Source of the DNA: Macrostomum hystrix
Taxonomy: Eukaryota; Animalia; Platyhelminthes
Length of the DNA: 64,000 nt
Assembly (NCBI GenBank): GCA_950097015.1
Contig: CATNEN010000038.1
Coordinates: 33,914,001-33,978,000 of the forward strand
Direction of reading: 5' to 3'
The notes below the pieces were generated by a model. It did no database searches. It saw only the letters and a program-made list of their open reading frames with translations, and had not been told where the DNA came from. Position 1 is the first letter of the stretch; the number at the start of each line of letters is the position of its first letter. Both the position numbers and the translations under genes were made by a program. Shown piece after piece: positions 1 through 11,790 of this stretch.

Positions 1-1289
1 ATTTTATTTGTTTTACTGTGTTTCCTTTGCGCGAATTTGAAAATAGAAATGACGCGAATTGCGCTGCTGCACTGTCTGACACATACACACAAACAACGGC
101 ACTTTCCAGGGCTAAAACGTTAATTAAAACTAGGCTGTTATTGAATACATTAATTCTTATTTTTCTGTAGATTTTTTCTGTTCACTTAGTTTTACAGAAA
201 ACAATTTAATTTGTTAGTAAATAAAAACAAATACTTTTGTTTTGTCATGTCTTTTGTAAATAATAACTGTTTCTTTTTTGCTTTTTGTTATAAAAAACAG
301 CAACTTAAAAACTGTTATTCTCGCTGGTGTTAATCTCGTTCTATTTTGTATACCCGTAGTATACACGCTCCCTCTATTTTTGGTTCTCCCCAACCACAAT
401 GGATTCGCTGCATATCCTCGCACTCACAGACGCACCGAATTGATCACCCGGAAGATTCACTTTCTGGTTTTTATATTTTTCTTTTGTTCAGTTTATTAAG
501 TCCCATTCATGCTACTTGTGAGTAGCATACATGTGAGTGCAAAATATTTTATTCTGCGGTGATCAAAAAACTCATTTTTTAACGATCGGATGATTCCTAA
601 AGCTGTGAGTGTTAACACAGAATAAAGGATATTAATCTGCATCGACACATTCAGGCCACGTCATAGTGTCTACGCACCATGCGTTATTTTCATATCATTT
701 ATTTCGTAAATAGTAAGCATGGTTTAAACGCCTGTAAACGCCTGTTCCTCTCTGTGTAACTAATTTCTGTCTGTTTCTGTTTATCCTTGTTACACCGCCT
801 GTCCCTCTCTTAATCTTTCATTGATAAATCCAGGCTTTTTAATTCAACGTGCAGTTTGGCACCTGTTTGTCTGTGTGTTTTTTAACTATTTTGTTTTAAT
901 TTTTTGTCCGTCAAATGTTAGCCACATATTTTTGTGTCATTATTTATGTTATTTTTGTTTATCTTAACAGAACAACAGCAGCAGAAGAGATTTTGCGCAC
1001 ACATCAAACAATTTTGCGCTGTTCTGCTTTCAGTCTTGTTTGTGTGGGCGTGTTTTTTATGCTTAATCGTTTTTTAAATAATACAAAAATAAACAAAAAT
1101 AAAAAGGCAATTTCCATAATTCTGTTAGTTTTCTTTCTAGCAAGTAATAATTTATTAGCCCGAATTGTCAAATGAAATTATATTATCTTATTTGCTCATC
1201 CTTTCTGACTTAGCATCTGTGTACTATCTTCTAAAGTTCTTGACCAATTGTAAATAATGCTGGACTACGACAATGGCTGCAAGAAAATA

Positions 1290-3010
1290 GTAGGAGACTG
1301 GTGGGTAAGGGAGACTGTGGTAGGAGAGAAGACTGGGGTAGGAGAGAAGACTGGGCCAGGTGAGAAGACTGGGGTAGGAGAGAAGACTGGGGTAGGAGAG
1401 AAGACTGGGGTAGGAGAGAAGACTGAGCCAGGAGAGAAGACTGGGGTAGGAGAGAATACTGGGGTAGGAGAGAAGACGGGCAGGAGAGAAGACTGAGCCA
1501 GGAGAGAAGACTGGGGTAGGAGAGAAGACTGGGGTAGGAGAGAAGACTGAGCCAGGAGAGAAGACTGAGCCAGGAGAGAAGACTGAGCCAGGAGAGAAGA
1601 CTGAGCAAGGAGAGAAGACTGAGCCAGGTGAGAAGACTGGGGTAGGAGAGAAGACTGAGCCAGGAGAGAAGACTGGGGTAGGAGAGAAGACTGGGGTAGG
1701 AGAGAATACTGGGGTAGGAGAAGACTGGGGTAGGAGAGAAGACTGGGGTAGGAGAGAAGACTGGGGTAGGAGAGAAGACTGAGCCAGGAGAGAAGACTGG
1801 GGTAGGAGAGAAGACTGGGGTAGGAGAGAAGACTGAGCCAGGAGAGAAGACTGGGGTAGGAGAGAAGACTGGGGTAGGAGAGAAGACTGAGCCAGGAGAG
1901 AAGACTGGGGTAGGTGAGAAGACTGAGCCAGGTGAGAAGACTTGGGTTGGAGAGAAGACTGGGGTAGGAGAGAAGACTGAGACAGGAGAGAAGACTGGGG
2001 TAGGAGAGAAGACTGAGCCAGGAGAGAAGACTGGGGTAGGAGAGAAGACTGGGGTAGGAGAGAAGACTGAGCCAGGAGAGAAGACTGGGGTAGGAGAGAA
2101 TACTGGGGTAGGAGAGAAGACGGGTAGGAGAGAAGACTGAGCCAGGAGAGAAGACTGGGGTAGGAGAGAAGACTGGGGTAGGAGAGAAGACTGGGGTAGG
2201 AGAGAAGACTGAGCCAGGAGAGAAGACTGAGCCAGGAGAGAAGACTGAGCCAGGTGAGAAGACGGGTTGGAGAGAAGACTGAGCCAGGAGAGAAGACTGG
2301 GGTAGGAGAGAAGACTGAGCCAGGAGAGAAGACTGGGGTAGGAGAGAAGACTGAGCCAGGAGAGAAGACTGGGGTAGGAGAGAAGACTGGGGTAGGAGAG
2401 AAGACTGAGCCAGGAGAGAAGACTGGGGTAGGAGAGAATACTGGGGTAGGAGAGAAGACTGAGCCAGGAGAGAAGACTGAGCCAGGAGAGAAGACTGAGC
2501 CAGGTGAGAAGACGGGTTGGAGAGAAGACTGAGCCAGGAGAGAAGACTGGGGTAGGAGAGAAGACTGAGCCAGGAGAGAAGACTGGGGTAGGAGAGAAGA
2601 CTGAGCCAGGAGAGAAGACTGGGGTAGGAGAGAAGACTGGGGTAGGAGAGAAGACTGAGCCAGGAGAGAAGACTGGGGTAGGAGAGAATACTGGGGTAGG
2701 AGAGAAGACGGGTAGGAGAGAAGACTGAGCCAGGAGAGAAGACTGGGGTAGGAGAGAAGACTGGGGTAGGAGAGAAGACTGGGGTAGGAGAGAAGACTGG
2801 GGTAGGAGAGTAGACTGGTGTAGGAGAGAAGACTGGGGTAGGAGAAGACTGGGGTAGGAGAAGACTGGGGTAGGAGAGAAGACTGGGGTAGGAGAGAAGA
2901 CTGGGGTAGGAGAGTAGACTGGTGTAGGAGAGAAGACTGGGGTAGGAGAAGACTGGGGTAGGAGAAGACTGGGGTAGGAGAGAAGACTGGGGTAGGAGAG
3001 AAGACTGGGG
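1290..3010. repeat. 18-bp minisatellite (GGAGAGAAGACTGGGGTA / GGAGAGAAGACTGAGCCA variants)
   Basis: Tandem units read directly, with two main variants interleaved; boundaries approximate. Confidence 0.97.
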
Positions 3011-3399
3011 TTAACTGGAGAAATGGAGAAAAACTGTTCACTAAAGAACAAAATCAAACCCCCATGATTGTTATCGTTAACAAAGCGTTTTACTTTAAAA
3101 CGTTTTGAGACATACGTTAGTATAATACTTTCAAAGCAGAAAATTCCGATTGAACTTATTGTCCAGTGTATTAAAAGATGTTTTGCATGAACAATGCGCG
3201 TTTTGAAAAGTTCTGAACCTAATTGTATAAAAGGTAAAACTCTACTTTGTAGTGCAGAAATTTGTAAGTGTAGAATTTCGTTGCATTTTACTATTTTACT
3301 GCATGATATTTACCTATTGTAGACATGCATAATAAAGTCTGTATAAAGTCTGTAAAACACGACAATATTTAATTGCTCAGTATATGTTTAGTTATCATT

Positions 3400-4325
3400 G
3401 TACTCACTGGAGAACTTAATTTGGGTCTAAACTGTACTCACTGGAGAACTTAATTTGGGTCTAAACTGTATACTCACAGGAGAACTCAGGGTGGGTATAA
3501 CTATACTCACAGGAGAACTCAGGGTGGGTATAACTATACTCACAGGAGAACTCAGGGTGGGTATAACTATACTCACAGGAGAACTCAGGGTGGGTATAAC
3601 TATACTCACAGGAGAACTCAGGGTGGGTATAACTATACTCACTGGAGAACTCAGGGTGGGTATAACTATACTCACAGGAGAACTCAGGGTGGGTATAACT
3701 ATACTCACAGGAGAACTCAGGGTGGGTATAACTATACTCACAGGAGAACTCAGGGTGGGTATAACTATACTCACAGGAGAACTCAGGGTGGGTATAACTA
3801 TACTCACAGGAGAACTCAGGGTGGGTATAACTATACTCACAGGAGAACTCAGGGTGGGTATAACTATACTCACAGGAGAACTCAGGGTGGGTATAACTAT
3901 ACTCACAGGAGAACTCAGGGTGGGTATAACTATACTCACAGGAGAACTCAGGGTGGGTATAACTATACTCACAGGAGAACTCAGGGTGGGTATAACTATA
4001 CTCACAGGAGAACTCAGGGTGGGTATAACTATACTCACAGGAGAACTCAGGGTGGGTATAACTATACTCACAGGAGAACTCAGGGTGGGTATAACTATAC
4101 TCACAGGAGAACTCAGGGTGGGTATAACTATACTCACAGGAGAACTCAGGGTGGGTATAACTATACTCACTGGAGAACTCAGGGTGGGTATAACTATACT
4201 CACAGGAGAACTCAGGGTGGGTATAACTATACTCACTGGAGAACTCAGGGTGGGTAAAACTATACTCACAGGAGAACTCAGGGTGGGTATAACTATACTC
4301 ACTGGAGAACTCAGGGTGGGTATAA
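3400..4325. repeat. 33-bp minisatellite (TATACTCACAGGAGAACTCAGGGTGGGTATAAC), about 26 copies plus degenerate left units
   Basis: Near-perfect tandem array; explains the 11-aa periodic ORFs on both strands. Confidence 0.97.
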
Positions 4326-4463
4326 GTATATGCTCCGCTTCCTGCAGGCTCATATTTTCCTGGGAAAGCAAATACATTTCTCCGCTGATGTAACAGTAAT
4401 GTGCTTTGTACTAATTAGTGTTTCAGTTTCACATTAATTCCTTATCAACGGAATAAACAAGTG

Positions 4464-4843
4464 TTACACACTTCCTGTTAGCAGCGCGACGGCAACCGCC
4501 ATAGTGGCCGTCAGGACAGCAGCCGGTTGATGGACGATTGACATCGCAGCGTTGAATGTGCGGTAGACGGTCCTTGGAGTGCCGGGGCGACGTCCTGGGT
4601 TCAACGGAAGCGGCGGTCGGTAATTGTCAACCATGGAGGAATTATCAGCGAACTTCAAGTTCCTCAGCATTTGAAGCTGCTTCGGGCTGATTGGCACAGT
4701 TTGGCGGTAAACAGTCCACAGGACTGTTTCGTAGCAGCTCGGAGTTGTCAGGCTGCCATCGTAGCGATAGAAATCGTCAGTGTTGGCCGGCAAAAATGCG
4801 TTGAACATGTTGAACTCGCTGCCGACTGACACCTGGGCGGAGC
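4464..4843 (-). CDS. Alpha-carbonic anhydrase, coding exon 3 (last)
   Basis: YRYDGSLTTPSCYETVLWTV and DNYRPPLPLN motifs, then a hydrophobic C-terminal tail (GPI-signal-like). Acceptor cgccag|GC is phase 1 and matches exon 2; CACTAAC branch-like site about 30 nt upstream. Confidence 0.93.
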
Positions 4844-4882
4844 CTGGCGTTCGGGTAGAGCAGCTCTTGCGGTTAGTGCCAA

Positions 4883-5632
4883 GACTGGGGTAGGAGACTG
4901 GGATAGGAGACTGGGGTAGGAGACTGGGGTAGGAGACTGGGGTAGGAGACTGGGGTAGGAGACTGGGATAGGAGACTGGGATAGGAGACTGGGATAGGAG
5001 ACTGGGGTAGGAGACTGTGGTAGGAGACTGGGCTAGGAGACTGGGATAGGAGACTGGGATAGGAGACTGGGATAGGAGACTGGGGTAGGAGACTGGGATA
5101 GGAGACTGGGGTAGGAGACTGGGATAGGAGACTGGGGTAGGAGACTGTGGTAGGAGACTGGGCTAGGAGACTGGGATAGGAGACTGGGATAGGAGACTGA
5201 TGTAGGAGACTGGGGTAGGAGACTGGGATAGGAGACTGGGGTAGGAGACTGGGGTAGGAGACTGGGATAGGAGACTGGGATAGGAGACTGATGTAGGAGA
5301 CTGGGGTAGGAGACTGGGATAGGAGACTGGGGTAGGAGACTGGGGTAGGAGACTGGGGTAGGAGACTGGGATAGGAGACTGGGGTAGGAGACTGGGGTAG
5401 GAGACTGGGGTAGGAGACTGGGATAGGAGACTGGGGTAGGAGTCTGGGGTAGGAGACTGGGGTAGGAGACTGGGATAGGAGTCTGGGGTAGGAGACTGGG
5501 GTAGGAGACTGGGATAGGAGACTGGGGTAGGAGTCTGGGATAGGAGACTGGGGTAGGAGACTGGGATAGGAGTCTGGGGTAGGAGACTGGGGTAGGAGAC
5601 TGGGATAGGAGACTGGGGTAGGAGACAGGGGT
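4883..5632. repeat. 13-bp minisatellite (GGAGACTGGGGTA) in carbonic anhydrase intron
   Basis: Tandem units read directly. Confidence 0.96.
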
Positions 5633-6124
5633 AGAAGAGATATTGAATGCAGTGTGGTGACAGGCCAAGCAGTCCTGCTTTTCTCTCTGAACAATCGCAG
5701 CCAGTTAAACTAGTTCGGGCTAACCAACCCCGGTTTCAAACAAAAAAAACAGCGGAAAATTAATAAAAACTTGTTTAACTCATACAAATTGTATTATGTA
5801 GCATTTTTCAATTTCTGACAGGAAGGCACACTAACAGGTAAGCTTTTTCGTTACCTAAGATCAATGCTACTCGCAACTGCTCAATCATCAGGAAAAGAAA
5901 TGAAACATGTGTGACAGCTGATCTAGAGCTGCACCTAATTAGCATAATTATTTAATTATTTCCACCATGGGATTTGCACTCCACTGCGTGTGACTCCAAG
6001 TGTCACTTTCTCAAGCATTTCAACAGCAAATGTTTGACTTAGAACAAGGCCTTCAGTCCGCTTAGTCTTTACCTTGCTCTAAGTCAAGCTGCTCCTTTTG
6101 TTTGGATTCGGAAGCAGGTTGACA

Positions 6125-6455
6125 AAATGATGGAAGAATGATGGAATAAAGTGTAAGAATGATGTAATCAGGTGGAAGAATTATGGGAGAATGTTGGAAT
6201 AAGGTGGAATAATGATGGAATAAGGTGAAAGAATTATGGGAGAATGTTGAAATAAGGTGGAAGAATGATAGAATAAGGTGGAAGAATTATGGGAGAATGT
6301 TGAAATAAGGTGGAAGAATGATAGAATAAGGTGGAAGAATTATGGGAGAATGTTGAAATAAGGTGGAAGAATGATGGAATAAGGTGGAAGAATTATGGGA
6401 GAACGATGGAATAAGCTGGAAGAATTATGGAAGAATGATGGAAGATTGATGGAAA
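6125..6455. repeat. Degenerate ~20-bp purine-rich minisatellite (GGAATAAGGTGGAAGAATGAT-like)
   Basis: Imperfect tandem units next to the exon 2 donor. Confidence 0.8.
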
Positions 6456-6496
6456 AAGGTCGGATTCAACAGAATCCGTTGCAATTTCAAACTTAC

Positions 6497-6848
6497 CACC
6501 TTTGTACACAAGGCTGTCATTTAACAGAGCGTTGTAAAGCACATTGAGCAGTGAATTATTGTTGTTTGAGACCTCGTAGAACACGCCGAGAACCGCTAAT
6601 CCGTTCGGCTTGCTAGCTGCCGTGGTCAAATTCGGATAGTCCTTGGAATTGTAGAACACCAGATGGCCCTCAGCTGGGTAAGATTTCTTGGCCACAGTGT
6701 GCTCAGAGCCCTGTGAATCGACGCTGCCCCAGTGCCAGTGTAGTTGAGCAGCTGTGTACATCTGGTCCGAGCCTGATTGGCCCATTGTGATGTTCAATCC
6801 GTCCGACCAAGTCAGCTCGATCTTGTGCCCGTCATTTTTCAGTGTCAA
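6497..6848 (-). CDS. Alpha-carbonic anhydrase, coding exon 2 (zinc ligands)
   Basis: NDGH (His64 equivalent), QLHWHWGS, GSEH, EGHLV and GLAVLG motifs. Acceptor cttcag| is phase 0; donor GTAAGT at 6496 is phase 1. Confidence 0.95.
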
Positions 6849-6852
6849 CTGA

Positions 6853-8643
6853 AGGAGTGGATGAAGGGTTGAATTAGTAGATGAAGGGTTGGGAGAGTGG
6901 ATGAAGGGTTGAATTAGTAGATGAAGGGTTGAATTAGTAGATGAAGGGTTGGGAGAGTGGATGAAGGGTTGAATTAGTAGATGAAGGGTTGGGAGAGTGG
7001 ATGAAGGGTTGAATTAGTAGATGAAGGGTTGGGAGAGTGGATGAAGGGTTGAATTAGTAGATGAAGGGTTGGGAGAGTGGATGAAGGGTTGAATTAGTAG
7101 ATGAAGGGTTGGGAGAGTGGATGAAGGGTTGAATTAGTAGATGAAGGGTTGGGTGAGTGGATGAAGGGTTGGGTGAGTGGATGAAGGGTTGGGAGAGTGG
7201 ATGAAGGGTTGAATTAGTAGATGAAGGGTTGGGAGAGTGGATGAAGGGTTGAATTAGTAGATGAAGGGTTGGGAGAGTGGATGAAGGGTTGAATTAGTAG
7301 ATGAAGGGTTGGGAGAGTGGATGAAGGGTCGGGTGAGTGGATGAAGGGTCGGGTGATTGGATGAAGGGTTGGGTGAGTGGATGAAGGGTTGGGTGAGTGG
7401 ATGAAGGGTTGGGTGAGTGGATGAAGGGTTGGGTGAGTGGATGAAGGGTTGGGTGATTGGATGAAGGGTCGGGTGAGTGGATGAAGGGTTGGGTGAGTGG
7501 ATGAAGGGTCGGGTGAGTGGATGAAGGGTTGGGTGCGTGAATGAAGGGTTGGATGATTGGATGAAGGGTTGGGTGAGTGGATGAAGGGTTGGGTGAGTGG
7601 ATGAAGGGTTGGGTGAGTGGATGAAGGGTTGGGAGAGTGGATGAAGGGTTGGGTGCGTGGATGAAGGGTTGGGTGATTGGATGAAGGGTCGGGTGAGTGG
7701 ATGAAGGGTCAGGTGAGTGGATGAAGGGTTGGGTGAGTGGATGAAGGGTTGGGTGAGTGGATGAAGGGTTGGGTGAGTGGATGAAGGGTTGGGTGAGTGG
7801 ATGAAGGGTTGGGTGATTGGATGAAGGGTCGGGTGAGTGGATGAAGGGTTGGGTGAGTGGATGAAGGGTCGGGTGAGTGGATGAAGGGTTGGGTGCGTGA
7901 ATGAAGGGTTGGGTGATTGGATGAAGGGTTGGGTGAGTGGATGAAGGGTTGGGTGAGTGGATGAAGGGTCGGGTGAGTGGATGAAGGGTTGGGAGAGTGG
8001 ATGAAGGGTTGGGTGCGTGGATGAAGGGTTGGGTGAGTGGATGAAGGGTTGGGTGCGTGGATGAAGGGTTGGGTGATTGGATGAAGGGTCGGGTGAGTGG
8101 ATGAAGGGTCGGGTGAGTGGATGAAGGGTTGGGTGCGTGGATGAAGGGTTGGGTGATTGGATGAAGGGTTGGGTGAGTGGATGAAGGGTTGGGTGAGTGG
8201 ATGAAGGGTTGGGTGATTGGATGAAGGGTTGGGTGATTGGATGAAGGGTTGGGTGATTGGATGAAGGGTTGGGTGAGTGGATGAAGGGTTGGGTGAGTGG
8301 ATGAAGGGTTGGGTGATTGGATGAAGGGTTGGGTGATTGGATGAAGGGTTGGGTGATTGGATGAAGGGTTGGGTGAGTGGATGAAGGGTTGGGTGAGTGG
8401 ATGAAGGGTTGGGTGCGTGGATGAAGGGTTGGGTGAGTGGATGAAGGGTTGGGTGAGTGGATGAAGGGTTGGGTGCGTGGATGAAGGGTTGGGTGATTGG
8501 ATGAAGGGTTGGGTGAGTGGATGAAGGGTTGGGTGAGTGGATGAAGGGTTGGGTGAGTGGATGAAGGGTTGGGTGAGTGGATGAAGGGTTGGGTGAGTGG
8601 ATGAAGGGTTGGGTGAGTGGATGAAGGGTCGTGTGAGTGGATG
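6853..8643. repeat. 20-bp minisatellite (ATGAAGGGTTGGGTGAGTGG), about 90 copies, filling a carbonic anhydrase intron
   Basis: Strict 20-bp phase throughout. Confidence 0.98.
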
Positions 8644-8658
8644 CCAATACAAACGCAC

Positions 8659-8913
8659 TTGGACGCTGCTGTTGATGTTAGGCTGGTTGAATACGAATTT
8701 CTTAATCAGCGGCTCCTGCAAGGAGCTCTTTTCGCTGAGATCGACCGGACTCTGCCGGTCGCCAGCGCAGAACTGGGGAAACATATCCTTCCAGTGACTG
8801 GGCCCGTGGCTTTTGTAATCCCATTCGCCGGCTGTCATTGAAGTGTCAAACAGAGTGACAGTGATGACAAGGATTGTGAGTGCGGTGCCGCGACTGTTGA
8901 TGAAGCTTGTCAT
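8659..8913 (-). CDS. Alpha-carbonic anhydrase, coding exon 1 (signal peptide); model 8913-8659, 6848-6497, 4843-4464, about 328 aa
   Basis: Signal peptide then WDY..GPSHW...C.GDRQSPVDL; donor GTGCGT at 8658, phase 0. An acceptor at 8917 and GTAAGT donor at 9727 imply a 5'UTR intron. Confidence 0.93.
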
Positions 8914-9158
8914 TTCCTAGATAGAAGAAGGTCGGATTGTTTCAAAACAGTATCAGTATTTTGTATCGCTATGGTCAGCCGAGCCGACAATAAAGAATCA
9001 CGTCGAGAATCGCCATTCCCTGCACTGCCATAGAACTACACTCGACCATAGACAAAAGAGCCAATCTCAGTGATACAAAGCCAGTAAGCTAGGCACAAAT
9101 GCATTTATTGCTATATAACGGGTGCCCCAAAAAGGGTAACACTTTGCTCGTCAATATT

Positions 9159-9250
9159 TGGTAATTGAGGGTGGGTGTGGCGTTCCCCAGTCCATGGACT
9201 GAACAGCCTTACGCAGTACATCTGGCCCAATTTGGGGTAGGTGTAATCAA
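9159..9250 (+). mobile_element. 3' fragment of SINE family A, inverted relative to the adjacent copy
   Basis: Reverse-complement match to 9291-9423. Confidence 0.75.
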
Positions 9251-9284
9251 TTATTAATTTATATTGTATGTCTATAGATCATCA

Positions 9285-9582
9285 ATTTTTATTACACCTG
9301 CCACAGTTGGGCCAGATGTGCAGCCAACAGCACAGCCGCAGCAATTGCGCGGCACATCTGAATGATGAGTACGGCTGCTCAGTCCATGGACTGGGGGGAC
9401 GCCACACCCACCCTCAATTACCACAAATAATGCTAGTACCCATTTAACATCTGGGTGAAATGTAGTAATACGGAGTGAAGTGTTTTGCTAAAGTACACCA
9501 ATTGTAGCAGTGGAGTCGGGAATCGAACCCTCGACCTTCAAGCTGTGAGTCCGACGCCCTAGCAACTAGGCTACAACCGCCT
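9285..9582 (-). mobile_element. tRNA-derived SINE family A with CORE-like central segment
   Basis: Minus strand shows an A-box-like TAGCCTAGTTG, B box GGTTCGATTCC, then TGTACTTTAGCAAAACACTT...TGTTAAATGGG; homologous to 42328-42523. Confidence 0.8.
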
Positions 9583-10249
9583 AGATCATCTATACATAGA
9601 ACTATAGAAATACACACTATATACTTGAGTTCAGCAATTGAATTAAAATACTTTTAGTGCTCAGAAACATCACTGTTGTTTAAAATAGAAGGCGCGTTGA
9701 AAAAATGCAAACAAATAACCAACTTACCCTGCAGTTTCAATTAAGAACAGTGCAAAATCGTCCACAGAATTAATTACCAACTGGTCAACTAAATAAAAAT
9801 AGGATCCGCTGTGTAGCTTCGCTTCTTGCAATCTGTCCAGGTCTATCTATATTAGTTTTTCTTAATAGAGTGCGCATGTAACACTGACGAATAAAATTGC
9901 GTCCAAAAAATATTCGCCTTTAGATTTCAGCGCTTGCGCTAATGGCCCCGTTAAGAAACGACACTTGTTCGCTACAGTAGCGATAGGCGGTAAGGCTGGG
10001 CAAATCAGATTCTAGTTAGCTGTTATATGGTGTGGCAGCTTGAGGTTCATCCAACAGGTTTCATGATGTAGTCTGAGAATTCTCTATAGAGTGTGTGTGA
10101 AAGATAAGGAGCTTACAAGAGAGCAGTACCATGTCTTACACTGATAGCGATAAACCAAATTGATTTACCAAGTCAAACAATTAGACGAGTCGACAATGAA
10201 ACAAAGAGTACAGCGCTATAGACGAAGGGCAAATGAAAGAATGGAGAGC

Positions 10250-11105
10250 AAATGAGAGAGTGAATGAGAGAGTGAATGAGGGAGTGAATATGAGTGAATT
10301 AGGGAGTGAATATGAGTGAATGAGGGAGTGAATATGAGTGAATGAGGGAGTGAATATGAGTGAATGAGGGAGTGAATATGAGTGAATGAGGGAGTGAATA
10401 TGAGTGAATGAGGGAGTGAATATGAGTGAATGAGGGAGTGAATATGAGTGAATGAGGGAGTGAATATGAGTGAATGAGGGAGTGAATATGAGTGAATGAG
10501 GGAGTGAATATGAGTGAATGAGGGAGTGAATATGAGTGAATGAGAGAGTGAATATGAGTGAATGAGAGAGTGAATATGAGTGAATGAGAGAGTGAATATG
10601 AGTGAATGAGAGAGTGAATATGAGTGAATGAGGGAGTGAATATGAGTGAATGAGGGAGTAAATGAGAGAGTGAATATGAGTGAATGAGGGAGTAAATGAG
10701 AGAGTGAATATGAGTAAATGAGGGAGTAAATGAGAGAGTGAATATGAGTGAATGAAAGAGTGAATATGAGTGAATGAGAGAGTGAATATGAGTGAATGAG
10801 AGAGTGAATATGAGTGAATGAGAGAGTAAATAAGAGAGTGAATGGGAGAGTGCAAGGAGAGAGTGAATGGGAGAGTGCAAGGAGAGAGTGAATGGGAGAG
10901 TGCAAGGAGAGAGTGAATGGGAGAGTGCAAGGAGAGAGTGAATGGGAGAGTGATTGGGAGAGTGCAAGGAGAGAGTGAATGGGAGAGTGCAAGGAGAGAG
11001 TGAATGGGAGAGTGATTGGGAGAGTGCAAGGAGAGAGTGAATGGGAGAGTGCAAGGAGAGAGTGAATGGGAGAGTGATTGGGAGAGTGAAAGGAGAGAGT
11101 GAATT
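10250..11105. repeat. Compound minisatellite: 22-bp (AGTGAATATGAGTGAATGAGGG) grading into 24-bp (AGAGTGAATGGGAGAGTGCAAGGA-type)
   Basis: Tandem units read directly. Confidence 0.95.
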
Positions 11106-11548
11106 GCCATGGACCCAGCTTTGAAATTGTTTAAAGTTATGACTTACTAAACGAATGAAGCTTATCTTTAACTGTGCCTAAAGATTGCTCAAAAGTGGTT
11201 TAACTGAGTTGTTACTTGAGTATTTAGGCTCCATTCAGTCTGCCTCAATTCGGCATTTGTAGAATAAAGTCGTCGCTGGTCTTCAAGCACTAGTAGTCCA
11301 GTGCCAGGGTTTGGCTTCGCATTATCAGCAGTTGTCATAGAAACAATAATTCAAACTCGAAAATTCAACGACGCAATGCCGTGAAAGCCAATTATGAGCC
11401 ATAATGTTTGCTTACAGCAGGTCAATTTGAGTTGCGTGCAGTGGCTACCATAGATAAGACATTTTTCATTGCTTTTGGTCCCAATTATAGTAGAAAGAAC
11501 ACGCTATTTTCTCTATACAGGTACGTATACTTGTAGAGCAATCTGAGT

Positions 11549-11790
11549 TGTCCCTGTCACCAGGGTCTCCGACAAGAATCGTTGAATATCTCGACGATGC
11601 CGACTCGGACGGCTTTGAAAAATTGTTCATCGTAAAGAGCGGAAAATTTTGATTCAGATGGTGGACTTTCACGAAAATCCGTCATTCGGTTTGGGAGCTA
11701 TCGTTAAATAGGCGGCGGGCATTTGAAATACCTTAGGATATTTTGGGAGATCCTAAAAAAAGTAAAATTGTGGGTATTTGAAATAACCCA
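11549..11790 (+). repeat. Unclassified interspersed repeat family C, copy 1
   Basis: Shares TCC(C/T)TGTCACC.GGGTCT, TGAATATCTCGACGATGC, GTGGACTTT, GGTTTGGGAGC and ATTTGAAATACC with 36205-36345 and the reverse of 40815-41010. Confidence 0.8.

Noticed and set aside
1-1200. Short hydrophobic ORFs in AT-rich sequence
   Set aside because: Composition-driven, with no motifs or convincing splice structure.
1224-4393. Long ORFs of 300-600 aa on both strands
   Set aside because: They are translations of stop-free 18-bp and 33-bp satellite units, open in several frames, with no domain content.
7294-8658. His/Pro-rich extension of the 539-aa ORF
   Set aside because: Read-through into the intronic 20-bp satellite after the donor at 8658.
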